A program made the translations under genes and the position numbers. From contig CAVYYH010000008.1 of the NCBI GenBank assembly GCA_963772705.1, forward strand, positions 281,208-345,207: DNA of 64,000 nucleotides, read 5' to 3'. Under the pieces are notes generated by a model. The model was not told the origin of the DNA, did no database searches, and saw only the letters and a program-made list of their open reading frames with translations. This DNA comes from an uncultured Bacteroidales bacterium. Lineage in GTDB: Bacteria > Bacteroidota > Bacteroidia > Bacteroidales > VadinHA17. Below, one piece after another: positions 1 to 9,054 of the stretch (positions within the stretch are counted from its first letter, which is position 1; each line of letters begins with the position of its first letter).

Positions 1-38
1 TCACAAGGTCAGGGGTTCGATTCCCCTTATCTCCACCA
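1..38 (+). tRNA. 3' end of a tRNA gene (tmRNA not excluded), truncated by the window edge
   Basis: AGGTC variable-loop-like segment (6-10). T-arm AGGGG-TTCGATT-CCCCT (11-27). 7-nt acceptor 3' strand TATCTCC (28-34), discriminator A, encoded CCA (36-38). The T at inferred position 70 would allow a G3:U70 pair (Ala/tmRNA-like), but the 5' half is outside the window. Confidence 0.6.
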
Positions 39-420
39 CTTTAGAGTAGATTTTACTTAGATGTCTTAAATTGAATGATTTAAGGCATTTTTGTTTCTGC
101 CCGACCCGTAAATTTTACATCCAGATGCAGAATAAATAGCACTTGTTCGTAAACCTATTTTCAATCATCATGGCTGGCCGGCAAACCTTTTTAATCCTGC
201 TTGACTTCATCCTGAAAATATCATGTCCTTGATCTGGGCTGCTCAACTATTTAAGAACGAGAGAAGCAGCGAGACACTTGCCCCTGGTTGCCAAGCGATC
301 CGGGGCTTTTCTTTCATTTTGGCACACAGAAAACAACCTTTGGGACGCAGAGCAAAGTCAGTTATGAGACTTAGATTGAACTTCGCATAAGTAATTAGTG
401 CTAACTAAACCTTAACAACA

Positions 421-852
421 ATGAAGAAAACTATTTGTGTTACTATGGCTTTTATAGTCATTCTGATAATTGCCTGTAATAATCCGAAAAAGGATGTAAA
501 AGAGAATCCTCTTAAAGGTGCATGGGAAATAACTTATATGAAGATCGTGGAACCTGATACTACTTATGAGACAACCCAATTTGCGCAGCCTGATGTAAAA
601 CTCCTTACAGAAAACCATTTTGCTTTTGGAATGCAGGCAGGGAATAACCTGATTCAGGGAGGAGGTGGAGAATATACATATGACGGGGAGAATTATACAG
701 AATATGTCAAATACCATACATGGCAATACTTCGTTGGCAAAACTGTCGAAATGAAGTATTCAATAGATGGCGATTTATGGACTATTTCATATAGTATGAA
801 AAATGATACTCTTGATATGACCGTAACGGAGACATGGAAGCGGATTGAATGA
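421..852 (+). CDS. small putative lipoprotein of unknown function (possibly lipocalin-like beta-rich fold)
   Basis: 143-aa ORF. Signal peptide ending IIAC (lipobox-like). Beta-strand-rich, Trp/Tyr-rich mature part. No catalytic motif recognised. Confidence 0.6.
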   Translation: MKKTICVTMAFIVILIIACNNPKKDVKENPLKGAWEITYMKIVEPDTTYETTQFAQPDVKLLTENHFAFGMQAGNNLIQGGGGEYTYDGENYTEYVKYHTWQYFVGKTVEMKYSIDGDLWTISYSMKNDTLDMTVTETWKRIE

Positions 853-941
853 TTTTATCATAAGAGAATAGAAAATATTTGATCTGCGCAGTATTCCCTA
901 AGCCATCCCCGAGGGATTTCACCTCACGCAGCTAGACAATT

Positions 942-976
942 AGCCCCGGATGTACAGACAGAACCGGGGCTTTTTC
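942..976 (+). terminator. rho-independent terminator-like hairpin
   Basis: AGCCCCGG (942-949) pairs with CCGGGGCT (964-971), followed by a T-run. It lies about 90 nt downstream of the 421..852 CDS. Confidence 0.55.
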
Positions 977-1510
977 ATTAACCGTGCTGAATGCTTCACT
1001 GCTTAGCCCAACCAGCGAGAGAACTTGAAGTTATAGAGGCTGGCATAAGGTGTAAGAATTTATCCTTGATGACACAGTCAGGTTATCTACCAAAATAGAG
1101 ATTTTATCACAAGCCTGGGTGACCAGTTATCCCTTAAGGCGATCATCAACTCTGGCGTTATGTGGTTAGATCTTTCGGCACCTGCACAATAGGACAATGA
1201 CATACCTTCACTTGCAAATTCCATGGGATTCCGGGATTCCTTTTACAGAATTTTGCACAAATCAATTAAATAACCTACGAACCCAGAAATATTAATATTG
1301 ACTTATATATCTCGCTATCAATAATATATTCTTACTCTAAGGGGCGGCTAATAAAGGTCAAAAAAAATAATTCCTCAAATAGTTAATCAATCCTCATTTT
1401 CACAAAAATTACTAAATTTAATAAACTTATTTACGAGTTTGCGATAGTTGAAAAATGGGAGTAGCCGAAAATCCCCAATTAAAGAGTAGGCAAAAACAGA
1501 CCAGTTTATT

Positions 1511-1927
1511 ATGAAACAGTTATCTGAAAGTGAAGTTTCAATTAAGTCTTTAATTGATGTCTTTGATTCCGCTTTTGTGAAAGTGACAGATGAAACCGAT
1601 GAATCATTTTGGGTTCAGGGGGGAAATTTGAAGACAAAAATCAGAATTGATGCAAAAAGAAAGTACTTAAGGTTTAGTATAGTTTATCAATTAGCTGTAA
1701 AGCCAACTTTAGCTGAAGCAACTCGTCTTGCCAACACAATTAATGGGGAATATCTCTACATCAGATTTTCGGCATATGAGAGCGAAGGAGACATTTTGCT
1801 GGCAAGCGACTATTATATGACTTATGAAGAAGGATTAGTTTGTTTTCATCTGATTAAAATTGCAAAAAGGTTTGAGGAATTAACGGTTGAGGCAATAAGA
1901 GAATATTATAACGATTATCTTTCATAG
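1511..1927 (+). CDS. YbjN-like (type III secretion chaperone-like / putative sensory transduction regulator fold) protein
   Basis: 138-aa ORF in a visibly AT-rich stretch. The sequence pattern (FWVQ..., KYLRFSIVY..., LANTINGEYLYIRF..., LLASDYYMTYEEGL) resembles the YbjN family. Assignment is by eye only. Confidence 0.5.
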   Translation: MKQLSESEVSIKSLIDVFDSAFVKVTDETDESFWVQGGNLKTKIRIDAKRKYLRFSIVYQLAVKPTLAEATRLANTINGEYLYIRFSAYESEGDILLASDYYMTYEEGLVCFHLIKIAKRFEELTVEAIREYYNDYLS

Positions 1928-1959
1928 AAATTAAAGTTTTCTCTTTTTAAAACTTAGAA

Positions 1960-1992
1960 AGACTACAATGGCATTGTGGTCTGTTTATTATT
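1960..1992 (+). terminator. rho-independent terminator
   Basis: AGACTACAAT / ATTGTGGTCT stem (one G:U pair) with a GGC loop, then GTTTATTATTT. It lies directly after the 1511..1927 CDS. Confidence 0.6.
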
Positions 1993-2079
1993 TCTTTGAG
2001 CCCCAGCGAACCCTGTTTGAGCCGTACCCAGTGGTGCAGCTATAGCCGTGTGCTCTACCCCATTTGCATCCTGCATCTT

Positions 2080-2604
2080 CTAAATAAACTCTATCACTTC
2101 AGCGAAGCTTTTCCTCTTCTTAATGCCTGATTTCCGGAAGTCAGGCCGTGGATAACCTATGGGAGTAATACCAAAAACTTCCTGGTCACCGCCAATGCCC
2201 AGCGCTTCCCTGAGTTTCACAGGATCATAGTTGGCAATCCAGCAGGCACCCACCCCTTCGTTCTCAGCAGCGAGAATAATATGCGTCATGGCAATTGCGG
2301 CATCCGTCTCTACTGAATTGTACCCGTCGAAGCTCCTGCTCCATGCCTGGTCCCTCAGCCCCACCACTGCAATAACATGAGGGGCATCGCCAAACCATTC
2401 CCGGTTGTAGCATGGCCTGACCTTCTCAAGCATGTGCGGAGAAGATATTACAAGGAATTTCCACGGCTGCCTGTTGGCTGCCGAAAGGGCAATCCTTCCG
2501 GCATCAAGGATTCGTCTCAGTGCCTCCTCTGATACTGGCCTCAGGGGATCATAACTGCGGATACTCTCCCGTTTAGTAATTAATTCAGTGAAATCCATAA
2601 GCAC
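2080..2604 (-). CDS. nitroreductase family protein
   Basis: 174 aa. N-terminal RESIRSY..., SAANRQPWKF, and a C-terminal pattern typical of NAD(P)H nitroreductases. Confidence 0.85.
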   Translation of the reverse strand: MLMDFTELITKRESIRSYDPLRPVSEEALRRILDAGRIALSAANRQPWKFLVISSPHMLEKVRPCYNREWFGDAPHVIAVVGLRDQAWSRSFDGYNSVETDAAIAMTHIILAAENEGVGACWIANYDPVKLREALGIGGDQEVFGITPIGYPRPDFRKSGIKKRKSFAEVIEFI

Positions 2605-3225
2605 TTACGTCAAATCCCTTTGGGCCATTTCCACCAGTTTGGGTACATAACGGGAATCCTCTGCATAAGGAATGCTTTTCAGAACGATCAGGTAGAAATC
2701 GTTGTCAATTTCCCATTCAAGCCTGTATCCCCTCGAAAGGTAGTACTCCTGCCACATTGCATAATCCACTACCGAATCAGACCAGTGGGCATATTTCGCG
2801 TGCTCCTTATAGATCCCTGTCGCAACAGTAGGTCTCCTGCTGGGATACTTCATGCCAAACAGGTTGTTTCCGTTCAGAAAAATATCTGAGGTATAATGTC
2901 CTGTTTCAAGCTGCGACTGTAAAATGACAATATCCTTATATTTTATCCCCTCATAATCGAGGCACTTTTTTAAAAGCTCTTCACTGAACGGCTGGTCCCT
3001 GATCTGGAAATAAAAAAGCGCCTTTTCAGACTGAAACCTCATCTCTTCTGAAAGTATCGGTTCCCCTCCGGGGACTTTGTAAGAACTCAGGGAAAATACC
3101 AGGCATATCAGAACAATACGAGCCGCAGTACTGCCGGTAATCCAGTTTAGCTTTATATTCCGGTACAATTTCCATAATCCGGAAGCAACGTCTGAACTGT
3201 AAGAAATCAGTTTCAATTTCTTCAT
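2605..3225 (-). CDS. glucosaminidase (mannosyl-glycoprotein endo-beta-N-acetylglucosaminidase-like) domain protein
   Basis: LETGHYTSDIFLNGNNLFGMK ... HWSDSVVDYAMWQ matches the glucosaminidase domain signature. Start moved to MKKLKLISY (ATG at 3225). The stop abuts the start of the nitroreductase gene. Confidence 0.8.
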   Translation of the reverse strand: MKKLKLISYSSDVASGLWKLYRNIKLNWITGSTAARIVLICLVFSLSSYKVPGGEPILSEEMRFQSEKALFYFQIRDQPFSEELLKKCLDYEGIKYKDIVILQSQLETGHYTSDIFLNGNNLFGMKYPSRRPTVATGIYKEHAKYAHWSDSVVDYAMWQEYYLSRGYRLEWEIDNDFYLIVLKSIPYAEDSRYVPKLVEMAQRDLT

Positions 3226-3580
3226 GACTGTTCGTTTTGACTTTCGTGTCAAAGTTACTTCACATACCCATGTCACACAAGGCGCCGACGTCCGATTGAT
3301 GTGATTATGAGTGAGTTACAAAATACGTTAGTCAAAATTATTCAACCCTTCACTGCCTTAAACGGAGAGCTGACAACCTGATGAATATGTTTCGTCAAAA
3401 ACAGGTCAATTTTTACGGCGAATATGGGTTATGAAAGGTTTACTGGTTCATAATTCAACCTAAATTGTTCATTATCTTAACAATATAGATGCGCAAAACC
3501 TTGTCCGGCAGAATCCCGGATTTTGACAAAAGGAAGTTTAGCGAGGATAAGAAAATTTCAGGTAATCAGAGGCTGATTCA

Positions 3581-3683
3581 GGCAAAGGGCAAAGGGCAAG
3601 GGGAGGGGCAGGGAGCAAGGAGCACAGAGCGTAGAGCATAGAGCGTAGAGACTTGAGGTTAAAGCGCTGAGACATTCAGACCC
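3581..3683. repeat. heptamer-periodic intergenic repeat element, copy A
   Basis: About 14 consecutive 7-nt units: GGCAAAG x2, GGCAAGG, ..., CACAGAG, CGTAGAG, CATAGAG, CGTAGAG, ACTTGAG, ..., CGCTGAG. TAG at 3632, 3639 and 3646 falls in all three frames. Confidence 0.85.
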
Positions 3684-3874
3684 ACTATCGGGTGAATTGA
3701 TACGGATTACTGCTCAATCCGGGATTTGGCTCTTGCCTGATGTGTGAATGTTATAACTTATTCCGGGAATTATGTAACGATTCTGTCAGTTAAGAGCTGC
3801 AACTTCGCAAGATATTTTGAATATCTTTTTTATCCGGTTTTAACAAGCAGCAGTATAATCTTATAACTATAATT

Positions 3875-4378
3875 ATGAAAAAGTTTCTGATTTTTACAGT
3901 AGTAATTGCCTTCATGTGCTATAATATGAGCGCTCAGGTGAATCCATATGCAATAGGATTGCGATTGGGCGGTAACGGTGATGTCAACGGTATAGAGCTG
4001 TCTTTTCAAAAAGGATTCAGCGAATTAAACAGGCTGGAACTGGATTTAGGTTTTGCCGGTAATCCTGATCACAGCAGATTCTTTCTGGTTGGCATTTATC
4101 ACTGGGACTGGAATTTAACCGGAGGTTTAAACTGGTACATCGGACCTGGTGCCGGCATAGGATATTACTCTTACGACAACTCCAACGACAACGACAACGA
4201 CGACTCTGACGGCTACCTGAATGTTGCCTTAGGCGGTCAGATTGGACTGGAGTATGATTTCAACAATTTGAATGCTCCGATTTTATTGAGTCTTGATGTC
4301 CGTCCGATGTGGGATTTTATTGGTGACAATGCCGGCTTAGGCTGGGGAGTAGCATTAGGTATCCGTTATACATGGTAG
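3875..4378 (+). CDS. outer membrane beta-barrel (porin-family/OmpW-like) protein
   Basis: Signal peptide ending SAQ. Alternating Gly/aromatic beta-strand pattern. C-terminal ...GIRYTW. An internal Asn/Asp-rich loop. Confidence 0.7.
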   Translation: MKKFLIFTVVIAFMCYNMSAQVNPYAIGLRLGGNGDVNGIELSFQKGFSELNRLELDLGFAGNPDHSRFFLVGIYHWDWNLTGGLNWYIGPGAGIGYYSYDNSNDNDNDDSDGYLNVALGGQIGLEYDFNNLNAPILLSLDVRPMWDFIGDNAGLGWGVALGIRYTW

Positions 4379-4410
4379 TCTCGGTTACCGGCTGCGGAGT
4401 ATATTGCAAC

Positions 4411-4478
4411 GGGAGCAGGAAGTGTAGAGCGTAGAGCATAAAGCGTAGAGACCTGAGACCCTCAGACCCTCAAGTCTC
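4411..4478. repeat. heptamer-periodic intergenic repeat element, copy B
   Basis: GGGAGCAGGAAGTGTAGAGCGTAGAGCATAAAGCGTAGAGACCTGAGACCCTCAGACCC. The core is nearly identical to copy A (AGAGCGTAGAGCATA[G/A]AGCGTAGAGAC[T/C]TGAG). Confidence 0.85.
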
Positions 4479-4570
4479 CGCTACCTCCTCCGCTAAGGCT
4501 ACGGAGGTCTAAGAAAGCTGCGGCTTGCAAAGCAGACAGCGAAAAGTAAGGTGCAGGGTGCAAGAATCTT

Positions 4571-5554
4571 TCAATCCATTACACAGCGGATTGACTGACC
4601 CATCGACCTGTGATAGAAAATTATTTCAATTTCAGATTGTGAGTTACGGATTCTCCTGTACCAGGCATCAGCCCCAAGGTTATATTCGTACGGGGTTGAG
4701 GTCCACCAGTAAGCCGCTACACCGATGCCATAAAATAATCCGTCAGGTCCGCGGTCTCCGCCAGGCAGCGCTGTGAACCCGAACTCATCTGTGGCCCCAG
4801 TGTTCGGACTCTCCCAGTGTCCGGTTCCTGATTCCTTCAGCTTCCCGCCGGCGACAGGCTGGTCGCCTGCATACAGCGTCAGGGCAGCCCATTCAGCATC
4901 TGTCGGGACATGCCATCCGGCAGGACAAAGAAGGCCGGTGTTTACGGAGTACCAGTTGTAAAGGGCCCCGTACGTTGCGTTGTATGTTGTCTCATCGTTG
5001 TTATACCAGCAGTATGCCCCGGTTGTCAGATTTTGCCATTCAACGGCGTCTGAAACCAATGGTATTGATGTCCCGTTTCTATATTTTGTCGTTCTGAGAT
5101 TCTCAGCCATCCAGACCTGACTGCCTGCCCTTACCGTACTGTAAAGGTTACCGTCAGCATCCACTGCTGCAGGACCGGGAACATTTATCCACAAAGCAAA
5201 CGACACTGCATCACCATATGCTGTCCCGGCATCATTGGTGGCATAAGCCCGCACGTAGTAAGGTTTATTTGTAGTCAGGCCGGTCATATCACAGGTAAAA
5301 GAACCTGTGCCAGAGAAAGAGGATCTTGTGTTATCTGAAAGATCAGGAAGGGGATCAGTTCCCCAGCATATGCCACATTCAGTGACATTGCCTGTGCCCT
5401 CGCTTGTTATTGTACCACCGCATCTTGCGAGGAGCGTTGTTATAATCTCGGCCTCCGAGGTCGTAACAACCGGCATTTCCTTCTTTTCACAGGAGTGCAG
5501 TATACAAGCAAGATAAAGAAGGACCAGAACTGTACTTTTACCGAGAACATTCAT
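4571..5554 (-). CDS. FISUMP (Fibrobacter succinogenes major paralogous) domain lipoprotein
   Basis: QVWMAENL...YNWY...CPAGWHVPTDAEW...GGKLKE...HW...GFTALPGG... is the hallmark of the Fib_succ_major domain. Signal peptide with Cys. Confidence 0.85.
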   Translation of the reverse strand: MNVLGKSTVLVLLYLACILHSCEKKEMPVVTTSEAEIITTLLARCGGTITSEGTGNVTECGICWGTDPLPDLSDNTRSSFSGTGSFTCDMTGLTTNKPYYVRAYATNDAGTAYGDAVSFALWINVPGPAAVDADGNLYSTVRAGSQVWMAENLRTTKYRNGTSIPLVSDAVEWQNLTTGAYCWYNNDETTYNATYGALYNWYSVNTGLLCPAGWHVPTDAEWAALTLYAGDQPVAGGKLKESGTGHWESPNTGATDEFGFTALPGGDRGPDGLFYGIGVAAYWWTSTPYEYNLGADAWYRRIRNSQSEIEIIFYHRSMGQSIRCVMD

Positions 5555-5765
5555 ACAGATGGCTTAAACGAAAGATGAGTACACTATGTTTCGTAGTTCT
5601 CCTGCGGGAAGCGCTTCACCCGTAGGTGGGAAGGCAGGGTGCATCCGGTTTGTAAAAATATGTTCAAATCAGGACAAATATTCTTGATTCCGATTTCGGC
5701 TTGGAGTATATTTGTTATAAGAAACACTCACAAACACTGAATTATTCCGATAAATAATTAAAGTT

Positions 5766-6320
5766 ATGGCAAAACGTACAGTTTATCTGATCCTGAGTCT
5801 TTTCTTCATTGCAGTAACGCTGAAAGCACAGGACAACATCCCTGCCCCTATGACTTATGACAAAGTCAACCTGGGTATTGGGGGTGGTCTGGATTACGGT
5901 GGTATCGGGGTTGACTTATTGTTTTACCCCCATCAGAACTTCGGGCTCTTTGCCGGTGCAGGATATGCCATAGCAGGCGTTGGATTCAATGCCGGCGTGA
6001 AGTACAGGTTCATCCCCAAGAAGCAACCGTCAACAATAGCTCCCTATGTTATAGCTATGTATGGATATAATGCTGCCGTAGCGGTAAAAGATGCATCGCA
6101 GTTTAATAAACTGTTTTACGGACCATCATTCGGAGTCGGGCTCGACTTCGGGCTGCGTCCCGGCAGAAGAGGGTATTGGTCTGCGGCACTGCTGGTGCCT
6201 GTCAGAAGTTCGGAAGCCAAAGATTATGTGAATGATCTCGAGGAAAACGAAGGAGTCGAATTTGGCATTGGATTTCTCCCTGTCGCATTTTCAATAGGAT
6301 ACAGGCTCACGATTTTATGA
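5766..6320 (+). CDS. putative outer membrane beta-barrel protein
   Basis: Signal peptide ending KAQ. Gly/aromatic-rich alternating strands. No enzymatic motif. Confidence 0.6.
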   Translation: MAKRTVYLILSLFFIAVTLKAQDNIPAPMTYDKVNLGIGGGLDYGGIGVDLLFYPHQNFGLFAGAGYAIAGVGFNAGVKYRFIPKKQPSTIAPYVIAMYGYNAAVAVKDASQFNKLFYGPSFGVGLDFGLRPGRRGYWSAALLVPVRSSEAKDYVNDLEENEGVEFGIGFLPVAFSIGYRLTIL

Positions 6321-6357
6321 CCTGGGTTATATCACCACAATCTTCTTACCCCGCAGG

Positions 6358-8787
6358 TCACTTCTTCTGAACAGAGAAGCAGGAAATATTTCCGGAAAAA
6401 TCACCCGCAAACATGACGTTACCTGCAACGCAAAGCCTGTTAAGGATAGGGGCGCCCAGGTTGATTTTGGCAATTACCCTTCCGCTTTCCTGAGCAACGG
6501 CATAGAGAAAGCCGTCGGACGCACCGAATACGATCATTTCATCGATCAGCACGGGAGACGTCTCAACAGTGGAGGCATATGGCTTTGAATATGGTGCTGT
6601 GTATACCAATGAAGGCCCGGTTTTTACTTTCCATATTTCTTTCATCGAATACCGGTCATAAGCCACGAGTCCCTCGGCGGATGTGCCTGTTACAATCATC
6701 CTGCCGGTAACAAGGAGGGTTGAAGCCACCTGTAAATCATACGGCACAGGATGAACAGAATATACCGAACCTGATGAGGGATCCATTTTAACTATCGCCC
6801 TCTCCGCCGCCAGGAAAAGGGTATCATCAACCCAGGAGGCTGTTCCGTTACGAAAACGTATACCGTCGCTGCTGACCTCCCACTTTTTGGCTCCGGTCTC
6901 CAGGTCATGACCGTACAGTGCCCGCCAGTTCGACCCTGCTATCAGTGTGTTTCCGCAAACAATCATGTTGGATGTTGTTCCCTCTCCCCCGTTCCAGCTG
7001 TCGTTTTTCCATATTAATCTTCCATCCCTGCAATCCAGTGCTGACAGATAATTCCCGAAGCCGGTATAATAGATACCATTATGTACTGTACCCCCTGTAA
7101 CAAGAAGAGGCACGTTTTTAATACCCAGATCCCTTTTCCATGCAAGCTCTCCCGTTTTGATGTTTATTGCGTAGGCAATGCCTCCCTCATCGGTTGCCAG
7201 CAGATGATCATTTTCAATTAAGATGCTGTTTTTTACCGGGCCTTCGGTTTTGAACTTCCAGCGCAAGTCTCCCGTGGTACCGTCGCAGGCAATGATATTA
7301 TTACCCTGTCCGTAATCATCAATCGCAGCAATATATAATTGTCCGCCGGAAAACAGGGGTGAGCACATTCCAATGGCAGAACCTGCATTGACAACCCATT
7401 TCAGCTTCATAAAATCGTTCTGAAAATCACCAGTATTCCTATCTGTTTCCTGGGAATCGGGGATTACAAAATTTTCCATAGTTGTAAAAATGTCCCCGTT
7501 TTTCAGCTCCGCCCTGTAGCTTATCCTGTAGGAAATGCCCTTGTTCAGTCTGGCTGCCGGATATTTTCCTGTCCAGTTCCAGTCCGATTGCCGGGTGAGA
7601 GGAGCCCACTCCTTCATCCCTTCAATCCGGTACTCAATTCCGGCCGTCGGAGAACTGGTTGAATAGGCATTTACTGACAATATAAGCTGGTTGGATGCAT
7701 CGATTGCGCAATGGCCGGAGGTTGGACTAACCGGCACAAGATGATTTCTGAGATAATTATACCTGGGCCTCACTGACAGATTCCCTTCCCCGCTGATCTC
7801 GTACACCACAAAATTCTCAGGCGAATGGTCGATTCCCCCTTTGTTAGGAGGGGCAGAACAAAAAGATAAGATACCGGAGTTCCCGTGGCGTATCATGTAA
7901 TTGGAGTGCCAGTGTCCATAAATCCAGGCCTTAAGATTGTGTTCATTTAAATTGATCTGTTCCTGCTCGCTGATTCCGTAAATGAACTCTTCATTCATCG
8001 TGAGCAGGTTGTGATTAAAGACCACGACGTTTTTGGAGGGACCGACCATTTGAAGGTCATTCTTCATCCACCAGTATACATCTTCTTTGGTATATGATGG
8101 CCGTACGTCGCCTGTCAGCATCGGGATAACGATAAAATGGGTATTTCCGGCATCAAAGGAATAATATACCGGTCCGAAATTCTTCTCAAACAGCTCTTCA
8201 CCATAGTTGCCCTTTACCAGGTCGTGATTACCGACACAATAATATACCGGCACACCCATGGTTTCAGATGTGACATTGCTTCCGTGAAAATTAAGCCCCC
8301 TCTCATAGCAGATATCCCCTGTATGAACTATAAAACCGACTCCCTCGTTGGCGGCATAATCCCTTATGGGCCCGATCCATCCAAAGTCATCAGTGGCTTC
8401 CGTATCGGCAAGCTGTATAAAACGTACTTTGCTTCCTTTCGTAGGAGAAAAGTGAGTAAGTCCAAAATCATAATCTGAAGCCGGACCGATGCTACGAATG
8501 TAAAATCTGCTGACCGGTCTGTAACCTGAGGGAACTGTAATATAGATAAACCGGGTTTTAGCGGTTCCGGGTAAAAGGTATTGTCCGTCACTGTCTGTCA
8601 GAACCACATTCAGTCCATCCGAAACAGCAACCCCTGCAACCCCTTTCTCACTGATCTCCCTTGTACTGTTCTTATTCAGATCCACGTATACAGTCCCGCC
8701 ATAACCTTCCGCGAAAGCAGTAAGGAAAGGAAGAAGCATAAGCGAAGAAAAAGCAACAATCCATTTTGAAACCATGCCGTAGTACAT
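6358..8787 (-). CDS. metallophosphoesterase (calcineurin-like) fused to a PQQ/BamB-like beta-propeller repeat domain
   Basis: The N-terminal half has GDICYERG, GNHD and GHWH metallophosphoesterase motifs. The C-terminal ~350 aa have repeated ...G.LY..A.DG.L.A.D..TG...W propeller-like blades. Signal peptide present. The start could be the internal Met at 8775. Confidence 0.8.
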   Translation of the reverse strand: MYYGMVSKWIVAFSSLMLLPFLTAFAEGYGGTVYVDLNKNSTREISEKGVAGVAVSDGLNVVLTDSDGQYLLPGTAKTRFIYITVPSGYRPVSRFYIRSIGPASDYDFGLTHFSPTKGSKVRFIQLADTEATDDFGWIGPIRDYAANEGVGFIVHTGDICYERGLNFHGSNVTSETMGVPVYYCVGNHDLVKGNYGEELFEKNFGPVYYSFDAGNTHFIVIPMLTGDVRPSYTKEDVYWWMKNDLQMVGPSKNVVVFNHNLLTMNEEFIYGISEQEQINLNEHNLKAWIYGHWHSNYMIRHGNSGILSFCSAPPNKGGIDHSPENFVVYEISGEGNLSVRPRYNYLRNHLVPVSPTSGHCAIDASNQLILSVNAYSTSSPTAGIEYRIEGMKEWAPLTRQSDWNWTGKYPAARLNKGISYRISYRAELKNGDIFTTMENFVIPDSQETDRNTGDFQNDFMKLKWVVNAGSAIGMCSPLFSGGQLYIAAIDDYGQGNNIIACDGTTGDLRWKFKTEGPVKNSILIENDHLLATDEGGIAYAINIKTGELAWKRDLGIKNVPLLVTGGTVHNGIYYTGFGNYLSALDCRDGRLIWKNDSWNGGEGTTSNMIVCGNTLIAGSNWRALYGHDLETGAKKWEVSSDGIRFRNGTASWVDDTLFLAAERAIVKMDPSSGSVYSVHPVPYDLQVASTLLVTGRMIVTGTSAEGLVAYDRYSMKEIWKVKTGPSLVYTAPYSKPYASTVETSPVLIDEMIVFGASDGFLYAVAQESGRVIAKINLGAPILNRLCVAGNVMFAGDFSGNISCFSVQKK

Positions 8788-8890
8788 TTCCCCCGGTTTT
8801 AGTTTTGACTTCTCCTTGTCATATCATTTGCCACGACTAATATCCTGCTTTTCGTCTGATTTTCCCTACTTGCCGGGCAAATTATTAGCA

Positions 8891-8970
8891 GGGTGCAGAT
8901 GAGAGGGGACCTGAGACCTTCAGACATCAGACCTTCAGACCTCAGACCTCAGACCTCAGACCTCAGACCC
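8891..8970. repeat. heptamer-periodic intergenic repeat element, copy C, with a perfect (ACCTCAG)x4 tandem
   Basis: GGGTGCAGATGAGAGGGGACCTGAGACCTTCAGACATCAGACCTTCAGACCTCAGACCTCAGACCTCAGACCTCAGACCC, located between divergent gene starts. Confidence 0.9.
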
Positions 8971-9054
8971 GCATAACTTAGGGCAACAAGAAACCTGACC
9001 CTTGTGCTGACTGATATAACATTTGTATATTTGCGATGGCAAATGACGCTGTTT

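Noticed and set aside
4525-4776. 83-aa plus-strand ORF starting in the intergenic repeat
   Set aside because: It begins in repeat/low-complexity DNA and then runs antisense to the FISUMP gene.
8891-8970. Possible CRISPR array or coding tandem repeat
   Set aside because: The units are only 7-8 nt, contiguous and without spacers. They are not a multiple of 3 and contain stops in all frames. No cas genes are in the window.
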